Virus record (IMG/VR): IMGVR_UViG_3300037520_001064
Location: 25,589 to 89,588 of that record
Direction: 5' to 3' (one strand)
Source of the DNA: a virus
DNA length: 64,000 nucleotides
Positions 33,501-40,835 of this stretch are shown here, piece by piece. Positions within the stretch are counted from its first letter, which is position 1. The number at the start of each line of letters is the position of its first letter. Both the position numbers and the translations under genes were made by a program. Below the pieces are notes generated by a model that ran no database searches, was not told where the DNA came from, and saw only the letters and a list, made by a program, of their open reading frames with translations.

Positions 33501-33962
33501 TATGCAACTAAGTTCTGGATATCTTTCACCCATCACTTCATGTGTAAGGTCTGGTTGGTAATGAGTCTCATGAATATTACCTTCATGTTCCCCTTGTTCC
33601 ATTTCATATGGTATAGCAACTAAGCATTCTTTCTTTGCATTAACAATATCTCTGATCAACTCTTTTGCATAGTTTGTAGGAATGTGTTCTAACACATCTC
33701 CTAGAATAATAAAGTCATAATCCTTGATATCAAATGTAACAATGCTTCCTATAAAGACATTATCATATTTCTCTCTCAACCCATACTTCTCTATGTAGGG
33801 TTCATAGATTTCTACAGCATCCATTCTATATCCTAATGAACGCAATAAGTCTGAATAAGTCCCTATTCCAGGGCCCACATCTAGTATTCTTTTACTAGTA
33901 GGAACGTTCTCAAGAAACCACTCTTTCACTTCTTCTTTGAAGTAGGTAAAACTGTAAGGCAT
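30504..33962 (-). CDS. Multidomain glycosylation enzyme: SAM methyltransferase + GT-A + GT4-like + autotransporter O-heptosyltransferase (TibC/Aah, BAHT)-like domain
   Basis: ILDVGPGIG (class I MTase); YVDSD (DxD); FLAPHLSTGGMPQF...NSTWECNPLVIREA (GT4-like); SLGDTIAW...FIGLSSGLSWLAW...CHGCWND...WCPVHKGTERQFEC (TibC-type domain with its Cys metal-binding motif). Confidence 0.8.
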   Translation of the reverse strand: MPYSFTYFKEEVKEWFLENVPTSKRILDVGPGIGTYSDLLRSLGYRMDAVEIYEPYIEKYGLREKYDNVFIGSIVTFDIKDYDFIILGDVLEHIPTNYAKELIRDIVNAKKECLVAIPYEMEQGEHEGNIHETHYQPDLTHEVMGERYPELSCIYRNEYYGYYTHTHRKEEKMYVLYANASYHSVVCMAVESIKKVSDIPVLVYMLDDYKEVPGAYTVWWKCDVEDIPKGTYIDRNKSDVYKLLIQRPLIVKDALERFAKTVCYVDSDSVATRYVDRIFNYYPTSSEFPYFTEGIYDYLLINGRGVVIGRENLHKSLEAPACELFGIDQSIRQKYRQTGYFVAGQNTIPFLDEWSWMCNHPEVLKNPQYYAPYHEETIVNVLLWKHKFLDGLPYIYVNASLDKLDRIYNEDNWGSYLESWFKLPESEDQLFFLHGEKDPVAMSKIMSKLPSKMSNPLRILFLAPHLSTGGMPQFLLKRIQALKDSTDVEIFVVEYQCHSLDFVVQRDQIMDIVPVHTLYEDKMELFTVIDHFKPDVIHIDEMSERLNRDMVIRLYSDNRSYRIVETCHDVSFVPETKMFIPDAFAFCSPYHLDTFASVDGYKQVIEYPIEFNFMGWNEKVGAQSNLGMDLTKKHVVNIGLWTRGKNQGEGLEVARQMPDVHFHFVGNQAGNFIDYWEPLMENIPENVTVWGERIDAHVFMKAADVFMFNSTWECNPLVIREAISYGKSILARNLPQYKDMFTNYITDLDPTMIASQIRSLLETPANYPIPTNNTSLNFANANLNLYKHAVSTIPHKNNIKDWNITQHFVGQPFLEITGTSTSDFTVEFYDGPTLVYHDNLKCNHWVKLAREYYTNWRTVVYKDGEKVYDKLLNLDGKRVYISFESSSLGDTIAWMPYVEEFRCAHNCDVVVSTFKNFLFESEYPMLEFVEPGTNVTNLYAMYKLGWFYNENKEPELPNTIPLQKAATNILGLPYKEIKPRITYKTRPQHPDDKYVAIATNSTAGCKFWTRENWQEIINYLHTVGYSVVNTSLEDNPFDNCAVLYDKSMENTIDCIVHSQFFIGLSSGLSWLAWGLNKEVIMISNFTDANHEFQCHRPVNTNVCHGCWNDPQYTFDKGDWDWCPVHKGTERQFECQKSVTPRMVIDEIKKLLK

Positions 33963-33981
33963 AGTGTTGATTTTTTAAAAA

Positions 33982-33989
33982 CAAAGGTA
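33982..33989 (-). promoter_or_regulatory. -7 promoter element for the inverted glycosyltransferase gene
   Basis: TACCTTTG on the - strand, about 20 nt upstream of the start at 33962. Confidence 0.55.
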
Positions 33990-34010
33990 TGAAAAATATA
34001 TTTATATTAT

Positions 34011-34073
34011 GCTATATTATGCTGGAATTTATTTTCAACTACTTCGTTATTCCAAATATAAAATTTATATTTG
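34011..34073 (+). promoter_or_regulatory. GCTATATTAT box plus TATATTTG -7 element upstream of the lysis cassette
   Basis: GCTATATTAT at 34011 and TATATTTG at 34066. Confidence 0.55.
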
Positions 34074-34145
34074 CTTGATATAATGGTATAATCATTGCAT
34101 CGTTGCATCTATGCATGCGTGTGCTATACTAATCCCTTAACCCAT

Positions 34146-34463
34146 ATGGAAAACGCATTTGAATCACAAGTTGAAAAAGAATTAAAAAGCATGGACCAAC
34201 GACTGTATGATCTAGAGGAGAAAATGACTTCAATAGACACTAAGCTAACACAAGTAGTGGATGCAATATTAGGAAATGCTCTTACTAAAACAGGAGGATT
34301 TGTTGCTGACATAAATGAGCTTAAAGATAGAATCAGAGATTTAGAAAATAAGCTTCAAAAACAAGAAGAGTTTAAGAAACGATTTACCTGGACAGTAGGT
34401 ATAATCGTAGGGATTGGTATCTTGATACAATACTTATCTACACTATATAGAAATATTAAATAA
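34146..34463 (+). CDS. Coiled-coil protein with a C-terminal TM helix (lysis-associated, holin/XhlA-like)
   Basis: Likely start is the ATG at 34146 (MENAFE). Heptad-rich body followed by WTVGIIVGIGILIQYL; first gene of the lysis cluster. Confidence 0.55.
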   Translation: MENAFESQVEKELKSMDQRLYDLEEKMTSIDTKLTQVVDAILGNALTKTGGFVADINELKDRIRDLENKLQKQEEFKKRFTWTVGIIVGIGILIQYLSTLYRNIK

Positions 34464-34663
34464 TGAGCACAAGAGAAAAGGTAGATCTATTTTTAAACAA
34501 ATGGGTGAGCAGAAAACTCACTGTATTTGTTGTAGGTTCTATTGCTCTATTCCTTGGAAACTTAACATCTTCTGATTGGGTGATTATTGCAACAGCATAC
34601 ATTGCTATTGAAGGTGCTACAAATATAGTTGAGCGTGTAATGAAAGCTAAAGGATCAGCATGA
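34463..34663 (+). CDS. Putative holin
   Basis: 66 aa with two hydrophobic segments after SRKL, located in the lysis cluster. Confidence 0.6.
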   Translation: MSTREKVDLFLNKWVSRKLTVFVVGSIALFLGNLTSSDWVIIATAYIAIEGATNIVERVMKAKGSA

Positions 34664-34992
34664 TACTACTAAATAGATTTCTTGATAGCTTAGAGAAACA
34701 ATGGCTTGCTGTTGTTGTTGCTGCATTATGGCTATTCAGTTACACTGCATCTCAAGAAAAGAACTCTGCTCTAATTGAACAAACTAAGAATCTAGAAACA
34801 CAAGTGCTAATTCTTGAAGAACAAGCTCACAAGTCTGCTAAGATTATAGATAGCTTATCTAGAGTAGATACAGTGATTGTTACAAAGATTAAAACCATTA
34901 AACAAAAAGAATATGTACAGATTAAAGTTATTGATAGTCTTCCTATTAGTGGGCTTCAAAAGTTTTTCTCAGACCGCTATCCTCAAAGATAG
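34660..34992 (+). CDS. Putative inner-membrane spanin-like protein
   Basis: N-terminal TM (WLAVVVAALWLF) followed by a coiled coil; overlaps the next gene. Confidence 0.5.
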   Translation: MILLNRFLDSLEKQWLAVVVAALWLFSYTASQEKNSALIEQTKNLETQVLILEEQAHKSAKIIDSLSRVDTVIVTKIKTIKQKEYVQIKVIDSLPISGLQKFFSDRYPQR

Positions 34993-35386
34993 TGTTGTTG
35001 TTTTAACAGAGAAGCAAGCTAGAGCTGTTGCTAAAGATCTTGTACATCTAGATGCTGCTAATCAGATTATCAAAGAACAAGAATCAAGAATCAAAAACTT
35101 TCAGAGGAAAGAGATTGAGTTCAAGAATCAACTAGATATAAAGGATTCCATTATAAAATATCAGAAAGAGATCATTGATATCAACAAAGAGATTATCAAG
35201 AACAAGAAACCTTTTGAGATACATGGATATGCTGGTGTTCAAACTACACAGTTTACATTAAGAGAACCTACATTATACACAAACCTAATGCTTGAGTTTA
35301 CAAGATTCAACATAGGAGCTCAATATTTTGTACAACCAAATAATCCTCCAGGGTATAGTGTTGTTCTAGAATATAAATTATTTTAA
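34913..35386 (+). CDS. Secreted coiled-coil protein with C-terminal beta-strands (outer-membrane spanin-like partner)
   Basis: Signal peptide MYRLKLLIVFLLVGFKSFSQ, a coiled coil, then amphipathic strands ending YSVVLEYKLF. Confidence 0.5.
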   Translation: MYRLKLLIVFLLVGFKSFSQTAILKDSVVVLTEKQARAVAKDLVHLDAANQIIKEQESRIKNFQRKEIEFKNQLDIKDSIIKYQKEIIDINKEIIKNKKPFEIHGYAGVQTTQFTLREPTLYTNLMLEFTRFNIGAQYFVQPNNPPGYSVVLEYKLF

Positions 35387-35397
35387 ACCAAATAATA

Positions 35398-35826
35398 ATG
35401 GTAACAAGTGCACAGTGCTTAAAGAAGTGGGGTGATCCTGCTGTTGTAACTAACGAATTGAAATATATGACTGTATGGGATGTACCTACTCACTTAGAGA
35501 TAGGTGTGATTCCAAAAAAGTTATATTGTAATAAACTGATTGTTGCTCCTTTGATTCAAGCGTTCACTAACTTAATAGACAGAGACTTTGTTAAGGAACT
35601 GAAAACATTCGATGGATGTTTTAATGTAAGAAGAAAGAGAGGGCTAACTACAATGTCTTTACATTCCTGGGGTATTGCAATTGATGTTAATGCTGCTTGG
35701 AATGGATTACACAAAACTCCACAACTATCTGCAGGGTTTGTAAAATGTTTTACAGATGCTGGATTTGATTGGGGTGGAACTTGGAAAAGAAAAGATGGAA
35801 TGCATTTCCAATTAAAATCTATATAA
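35398..35826 (+). CDS. Endolysin, M15-family peptidase
   Basis: SLHSWGIAIDVN and WGGTW...DGMHFQ zinc-peptidase motifs. Confidence 0.85.
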   Translation: MVTSAQCLKKWGDPAVVTNELKYMTVWDVPTHLEIGVIPKKLYCNKLIVAPLIQAFTNLIDRDFVKELKTFDGCFNVRRKRGLTTMSLHSWGIAIDVNAAWNGLHKTPQLSAGFVKCFTDAGFDWGGTWKRKDGMHFQLKSI

Positions 35827-35828
35827 CA

Positions 35829-35963
35829 ATGGCAAAACAAACCAACACAGTAGAGAAAAGAATTAAGATTAAAGTGAGCAGACCAGGTGTCCATGCTAAA
35901 ACTAAGACATCTAAACTTAAATCTTCCAAGAACTATAAGAAACTTTATAAAGGACAGGGATAA
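35829..35963 (+). CDS. Small basic protein (44 aa)
   Basis: MAKQTNTVEKRIKIKVSRPGVHAKTKTSKLKSSKNYKKLYKGQG, with its ATG 3 nt after the endolysin stop. Confidence 0.6.
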   Translation: MAKQTNTVEKRIKIKVSRPGVHAKTKTSKLKSSKNYKKLYKGQG

Positions 35964-36112
35964 TGGATTGGGAAGTTACATTTGCTTTCTATTGGCCCCA
36001 CGATAGATTTGTTATAGGATGGGATGTTCTACATGCTAATGAAGTATATAATTACAACACATATATATTGTATTTAGGAATACTTACAATAACATTAGAT
36101 GTAAATAATTAA
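35963..36112 (+). CDS. Small hypothetical protein (49 aa, not in the ORF track)
   Basis: TAATG overlap with the previous gene; translates as MDWEVTFAFYWPHDRFVIGWDVLHANEVYNYNTYILYLGILTITLDVNN. Confidence 0.5.
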   Translation: MDWEVTFAFYWPHDRFVIGWDVLHANEVYNYNTYILYLGILTITLDVNN

Positions 36113-36186
36113 ATTAGTTAGACTCGTTCTAACTATTTTTGTTATTTTAATTTGGTGAAAAACACTTACTTATAGTGAAAAATAAT

Positions 36187-36194
36187 TATTTTTG
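36187..36194 (+). promoter_or_regulatory. -7 promoter element
   Basis: TATTTTTG about 24 nt upstream of the ATG at 36218. Confidence 0.5.
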
Positions 36195-36217
36195 TATAAT
36201 AAATAAAATTTAAAATC

Positions 36218-36388
36218 ATGGCAATACCATCAAGAGGAATAGGCTGGAGTACAACAGATAACTTATTATGGCAGATATCTAAGCAATTAGAGCATCTTAT
36301 TAATGTTACAGCACAGGGTAATACATATCCTACTACCACTACCACTACCACTGCTGCTCCTACAACAAGTACCACTACTACAGTGTAA
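36218..36388 (+). CDS. Small protein with a mucin-like Thr tail (56 aa, not in the ORF track)
   Basis: Translated by hand as MAIPSRGIGWSTTDNLLWQISKQLEHLINVTAQGNTYPTTTTTTTAAPTTSTTTTV, with an A-rich leader. Confidence 0.75.
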   Translation: MAIPSRGIGWSTTDNLLWQISKQLEHLINVTAQGNTYPTTTTTTTAAPTTSTTTTV

Positions 36389-36415
36389 AAATAATAAACC
36401 AAAACCAACTACATT

Positions 36416-37432
36416 ATGAAAGATTTAAAATTTGTACAAGCTTGTCCTAGCGATATTTATTATACATGGCAAGTGAACCTTTGGATGGAGAGTCTAAAAG
36501 AGATAGGACATTCTGACAAAGCAATCAATCTTATATTCACTCCTCAAGGAAGAGAGAATAGAGATAAATGGAAACAGATCGAAGATCTATATCCAGAAGC
36601 TGAGTTTCATTACTATGCAGATGAAGATAATTTAAATAGATTAATTGGAATCTATATTCCTGTTCTACGTCCTTATGTTCTTTGGAAACATTTCAAAGCA
36701 AATCCAGAACTAAAAGAAAAAGCAATTTTCTATTGTGACTCTGACATTCTATTCATGAAAGATTTCAATGTAGATCAGTTCTTAGAGGATGATATCAATT
36801 ACTTATCAGATACAAATAGCTACATCAATGCTAAATATTTTGATAGTAAGATACACCAAGTGTTACCAGAGAAGCTAGAAGAATATAAAAACAGAGACAT
36901 CCTTGCAGAGGTTGCAAGTGTTATAGGAATAAGCAGAGAAGTGTGTGAAGCTAACAATGATCATTCGGGAGGAGCACAATATCTATTAAAGAATGTAGAT
37001 GGTGACTTCTGGAGTAAGGTGATGAATGATTGTATTCTTATAAGAAGCTATTTACAAACAGTGAATAGAGAATTCTTTAAAGATGAAAATGCTGGATACC
37101 AAAGTTGGTGTGCTGATATGTGGGCTGTTCTATGGAACTTATGGTTTAGAGAACAAGAAACAAAAGTGGTACCTGAAATGGCATTTGCTTGGGCCACAGA
37201 TCCTATCACAAAATTGGATACCCATACAATCTTTCATAATGCAGGAATAGTTTCTGAGACAGGTAATGGATACCCAGCTTTCTATAAAGGAAAATATCAC
37301 ATGGGAACTGATCCTACAAAAGATCCTAACCTAGATATGATTCTTAACAATGAAGAATCAAAGAAATATTGTACGTGGTTTTATGCCACTAAGTTAAATG
37401 AAATCAAAAACAAATATAACCTAAACTATTAA
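36416..37432 (+). CDS. GT-A glycosyltransferase resembling plant HPAT/SRGT1 (GT95/GT96-like) peptide O-glycosyltransferases
   Basis: Motifs YYTWQVNLWMESL, YIPVLRPYVL, YCDSDILF (DxD) and WCADMWA occur in the same order as YFDWQ, YPAINKP, DxD and W..EMY recalled for SRGT1/HPAT. Confidence 0.65.
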   Translation: MKDLKFVQACPSDIYYTWQVNLWMESLKEIGHSDKAINLIFTPQGRENRDKWKQIEDLYPEAEFHYYADEDNLNRLIGIYIPVLRPYVLWKHFKANPELKEKAIFYCDSDILFMKDFNVDQFLEDDINYLSDTNSYINAKYFDSKIHQVLPEKLEEYKNRDILAEVASVIGISREVCEANNDHSGGAQYLLKNVDGDFWSKVMNDCILIRSYLQTVNREFFKDENAGYQSWCADMWAVLWNLWFREQETKVVPEMAFAWATDPITKLDTHTIFHNAGIVSETGNGYPAFYKGKYHMGTDPTKDPNLDMILNNEESKKYCTWFYATKLNEIKNKYNLNY

Positions 37433-37450
37433 CCATAAATTAAAAAACAC

Positions 37451-37687
37451 ATGGGAAGCATTAATTCAAGACCTTTAAAGGCTTATGTTAGATTCGATGG
37501 ATCTGGCAGAATAGTTGCAGGAAGTTTGATTCTAAGAAAGAACAAACCTAAAGTTGGTAAATGGAAAGAGATTCCAGCATATGAGTGCTGTAATCCTACA
37601 ACCACTTCAACCACTACAGCTGCACCAACAACAACAAGTACAACAACTGTAGCTCCAACGACTACCACAACCACAACAACTGTATAA
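37451..37687 (+). CDS. Small protein: conserved N-terminal domain + ECCNP + Thr-rich tail
   Basis: LKAYVRFDGSGRIV...ECCNPTTTSTTTAAPTTTSTTTVAPTTTTTTTV. Confidence 0.8.
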   Translation: MGSINSRPLKAYVRFDGSGRIVAGSLILRKNKPKVGKWKEIPAYECCNPTTTSTTTAAPTTTSTTTVAPTTTTTTTTV

Positions 37688-37689
37688 TC

Positions 37690-38184
37690 ATGGCAAGAAG
37701 TAATAACAATAATAAGCTAAAAGCTTTTGTACGTTTTGATGGTTCAGGACGTATTGTACCAAGTAGTTTAATTGTGCAAGCATTTAAACCAAAGGTGGGT
37801 AACTATCAAGAAATTGATGCTAAAGAATGTTGTAACCCTACAACAACTACAACAACAACTGTTGCTCCTACCACTACAAGTACAACTACTGTAGCACCAA
37901 CAACAACAACAACTACAACAGTTGAACCTACTACTACTACAACAACAACAGAGTTTCCAGGATACTATACATGGTTAATGGGTAAAAACATTGATGCTGC
38001 TTCTGCATGTGCTGAACCTACTGCTCCTGTATATTCATCAGTTAGTCCACTAAATCTTGGTGTATTCTTGTATGAAGATACAGCATTAACAATTCCTGCA
38101 TCTCCTTCATGGTATGCAACTGGTGGTGTAGCATATGAAGTGGATATCACTGGTGAAATCAGTACAGAAACTTTGTGTCCATAA
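37690..38184 (+). CDS. Paralog with a longer Thr-rich linker and a C-terminal beta-rich domain
   Basis: LKAFVRFDGSGRIV...ECCNP, four PT-rich repeats, then a domain of about 75 aa with two Cys. Confidence 0.8.
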   Translation: MARSNNNNKLKAFVRFDGSGRIVPSSLIVQAFKPKVGNYQEIDAKECCNPTTTTTTTVAPTTTSTTTVAPTTTTTTTVEPTTTTTTTEFPGYYTWLMGKNIDAASACAEPTAPVYSSVSPLNLGVFLYEDTALTIPASPSWYATGGVAYEVDITGEISTETLCP

Positions 38185-38196
38185 TAAATAAATAAC

Positions 38197-38610
38197 ATGG
38201 CAGTAAAATCATTATTTCCAGATGACATGATGAAATCATCATCTGAAGGCTTAACGTTAGACAGTATAGCTGCTAAGCTTACTTACTTTCATGAGCAGTT
38301 ACATCTGCTACATTGGCAATCAACTTCATATGCAGAACATAAAGCTCTTGGAAAATTGTATGAATATGTGCAAGATTTCAAAGATGGTGTTGTTGAAAAG
38401 ATTATGGGATATACAGGTAAAAGACCTGGTCTTTATAAGATTGAACCTCTTACCAACTGCAAACCTGAACAATGTGTATCAGATCTTATGTCTTTTGCAT
38501 CAGCTTTAAAGATGTATGGAGAGAAGAACAGATTTCATGATGTGTGCAACTTAGCTGATGCACTATCAGGAGAAGCAGCTAAAACTAAATATCTTTTAAC
38601 ATTGTCATAA
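38197..38610 (+). CDS. Ferritin/Dps-like four-helix protein (DUF5856-like)
   Basis: HLLHWQ...YAEHKALGKLYE...DGVVEKIMG metal-ligand pattern, with C-terminal KYLLTLS. Confidence 0.75.
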   Translation: MAVKSLFPDDMMKSSSEGLTLDSIAAKLTYFHEQLHLLHWQSTSYAEHKALGKLYEYVQDFKDGVVEKIMGYTGKRPGLYKIEPLTNCKPEQCVSDLMSFASALKMYGEKNRFHDVCNLADALSGEAAKTKYLLTLS

Positions 38611-38898
38611 ATGGAGATTAACAAAAAACATTTTCCTAAAGTGATGCAAGATAATGATGAAATCTTTCTTGCACACTTAGAAGGTGTTATCTCTTCGGTG
38701 GATGAATTATGTAGTCTAGAGATTACAAAGAACACCAGCTCATATAGATTTAGGATAGCACCAAGTCTTCCTAAATATAGTAATATGCTTATAGAAGAAA
38801 TACTAAAATTCTGTAATCTATTCAAAATGAGAATTGATATGAGTAAATCAATAAAGACAACTAGTGTTATTACATTTGAAATAAATTTGGAAGTGTAA
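38611..38898 (+). CDS. Hypothetical protein
   Basis: 95-aa ORF abutting the previous stop codon. Confidence 0.6.
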   Translation: MEINKKHFPKVMQDNDEIFLAHLEGVISSVDELCSLEITKNTSSYRFRIAPSLPKYSNMLIEEILKFCNLFKMRIDMSKSIKTTSVITFEINLEV

Positions 38899-38922
38899 CA
38901 AATATATACTAAATTTGTTACA
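38894..38922 (+). promoter_or_regulatory. Hairpin overlapping a -7 element
   Basis: TGTAACAAAT-N9-ATTTGTTACA, with TAAATTTG at 38910-38917. Confidence 0.5.
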
Positions 38923-38944
38923 TAAATCAATAAACAATTTTATT

Positions 38945-39187
38945 ATGGCACAGTATGACCCTTCAAAAAGGTACACATGGACTCCTGAAGACACATTTAC
39001 ATTAACAGGAGCACAGTTTGGATTATTTCTAAACACAGTTAGAGCTTACTTATCATCAGAAGAAGCTGCACGTTTTCAATTAATGATGCAAGCTAATGAG
39101 GTGATTGAAAAATTAATGATTGATGGCGTTGAAGCTGATATCATTAAAGAAGTAGAAGCTCCTGCAATGGAAGTTGTAAAAGACTAA
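38945..39187 (+). CDS. Hypothetical protein
   Basis: Likely start is the ATG at 38945 (MAQYDPSKRYTW), downstream of the promoter-like element. Confidence 0.65.
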   Translation: MAQYDPSKRYTWTPEDTFTLTGAQFGLFLNTVRAYLSSEEAARFQLMMQANEVIEKLMIDGVEADIIKEVEAPAMEVVKD

Positions 39188-39244
39188 ATTAACATACCTG
39201 TTGGGTGACGAAAAACAGGTGTTCTCGAACAAAAGCACTTCTCT

Positions 39245-39451
39245 ATGAGAATATACGAACCAAAAAACAGAATAGATGTTATAACACCCAAGGGAGATGG
39301 GATGATTTGGTTAGTGACTGATTATGGTCATGAAACTGATACCATCTATACAATTATAATTAATCAAACAGGTGAGATGTGGCAATACACTCACTCACAA
39401 ATTATTGTTAAACCCAATATAACATTTAAACGTCATGGCAAAAATGATTAA
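39245..39451 (+). CDS. Hypothetical protein
   Basis: 68-aa ORF (VITPKGDG...DYG...TGEMW), likely a small beta-rich fold. Confidence 0.6.
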   Translation: MRIYEPKNRIDVITPKGDGMIWLVTDYGHETDTIYTIIINQTGEMWQYTHSQIIVKPNITFKRHGKND

Positions 39452-40070
39452 AAAGAGCTTGAAAAAAGCACAATCTGGATCTAAAGTAGATGCTAATACT
39501 AAAGCTGAAAAAGCTAAATTGGATAAAAAGTATGATGCAATTTATGCTCAAACAAGAAGAGATTCTATTGTAGAGTCTAATAAAGAATTACCATACACTT
39601 ATGCAAGATTAAGAAGAAATAATGGTAAATCTCCTAGTGCAGCTATGTTACGTGCAACACAGGATAGACAAAATAAAGAAGTAGTTAGAAGAACTAATGC
39701 TCCAGACCCTTTATTATCAAGTGATGATCCTAAAGCAAAACAAAAAGCAGAAATTCAGCAAGCTAGAAGAAAAAGATTAGCAAAAACACAAGGAAAAAGT
39801 CCTTTAGATGCTAAAGGAAGAGCAGATGCTATATTTAGAGGAATGAAAACTGGTGGTGTTATGAAAAAGAAAATGAAGAATGGTGGTTCTTTATCTGGTC
39901 TTAAAGCTTCTGATAAAAGAGTTGGTCCTGTAGATGCTAAAGGTGCTTGGACTAAGGTGCAAGAGAAAACATTAAAAGGTGCTAAAGGTAAAGCTAAACT
40001 TACAGCAGATAAACAACTTGGTGCTACTAAGATGGCCAAAAGAGGCATGAAGATTTCTAAAAAGAAATAA
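39435..40070 (+). CDS. Lys-rich basic protein with KKAQSG/MKxGG motifs
   Basis: Highly basic 211-aa ORF. Confidence 0.7.
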   Translation: MAKMIKKSLKKAQSGSKVDANTKAEKAKLDKKYDAIYAQTRRDSIVESNKELPYTYARLRRNNGKSPSAAMLRATQDRQNKEVVRRTNAPDPLLSSDDPKAKQKAEIQQARRKRLAKTQGKSPLDAKGRADAIFRGMKTGGVMKKKMKNGGSLSGLKASDKRVGPVDAKGAWTKVQEKTLKGAKGKAKLTADKQLGATKMAKRGMKISKKK

Positions 40071-40073
40071 GTC

Positions 40074-40835
40074 ATGAGAACCATTAAGAAAGCACAGAAT
40101 GGTGCTAAGACAGCAGATAGTACATCATACTTCAAAGGTAGAGCAAAAGATATGGCAAGACAATCTCTTTATGCAGAAGCAAAAGGAGATAAAAAATTAT
40201 CTAATGTTTATATGGATGTAGCTAGTAAAGCTACTTCGGATGCTGAAAGACAAAAACTTAAAGGAAAACCTGGTTATGATAAAAATGGATTTCCTTTAAA
40301 GAAAAAGAAAGCTCAAAATGGTGCTACCACTACTCCTAAAAAAACTTGGCAACAAATGAGTGCTGGGGAAAAAGGAGCTAAGAAAAAAGAGCTTGTAGAA
40401 AAAGGAGGTATTCAACTTTTCAATAAGTATAAAGATTCTATTGGTAAAGAAGCAATGGGAAGAATACAAGGAGAGTTTAATAAAGGTGCTTCATCAATGG
40501 GAATGACTCCTGAACAGTATTCAAGATACCTAGATAAACAAAAAAAGAAACCTGATACTAATACTTCTTCTAGTGATTTTAAAGAAAAAAGATACAATGT
40601 AGTTTGTGGAAAAGGTGGATGTAAAAAGAATGGTGGTTCTATTAAGAAAGCTAAATCAGGAACTACTATAGCAAAAGCTAAAGATGGTATGTGGATGCAG
40701 AAAGCTGCAGCTTCTATAAAACGTAGAGGTACTGCTGGTAAATGTACACCAATCACTAAACCTGGTTGTACAGGCAAAGCTAAAGCTCTTGCTAAAACAT
40801 TTAAGAAGATTGCTAAATCTAATAAGAAGAAATAA
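40074..40835 (+). CDS. Lys-rich basic protein with repeated KKAQNG/KKAKSG motifs
   Basis: 253 aa, ending in a WMQKAAASIKRRGTAGKCTPITKPGC module. Confidence 0.7.
   Translation: MRTIKKAQNGAKTADSTSYFKGRAKDMARQSLYAEAKGDKKLSNVYMDVASKATSDAERQKLKGKPGYDKNGFPLKKKKAQNGATTTPKKTWQQMSAGEKGAKKKELVEKGGIQLFNKYKDSIGKEAMGRIQGEFNKGASSMGMTPEQYSRYLDKQKKKPDTNTSSSDFKEKRYNVVCGKGGCKKNGGSIKKAKSGTTIAKAKDGMWMQKAAASIKRRGTAGKCTPITKPGCTGKAKALAKTFKKIAKSNKKK

Noticed and set aside
36166-36408. - strand 80-aa Val-rich ORF (also 37483-37674)
   Set aside because: These are antisense shadows of the + strand Thr-tail genes, which have promoter and leader context and paralogous tails.
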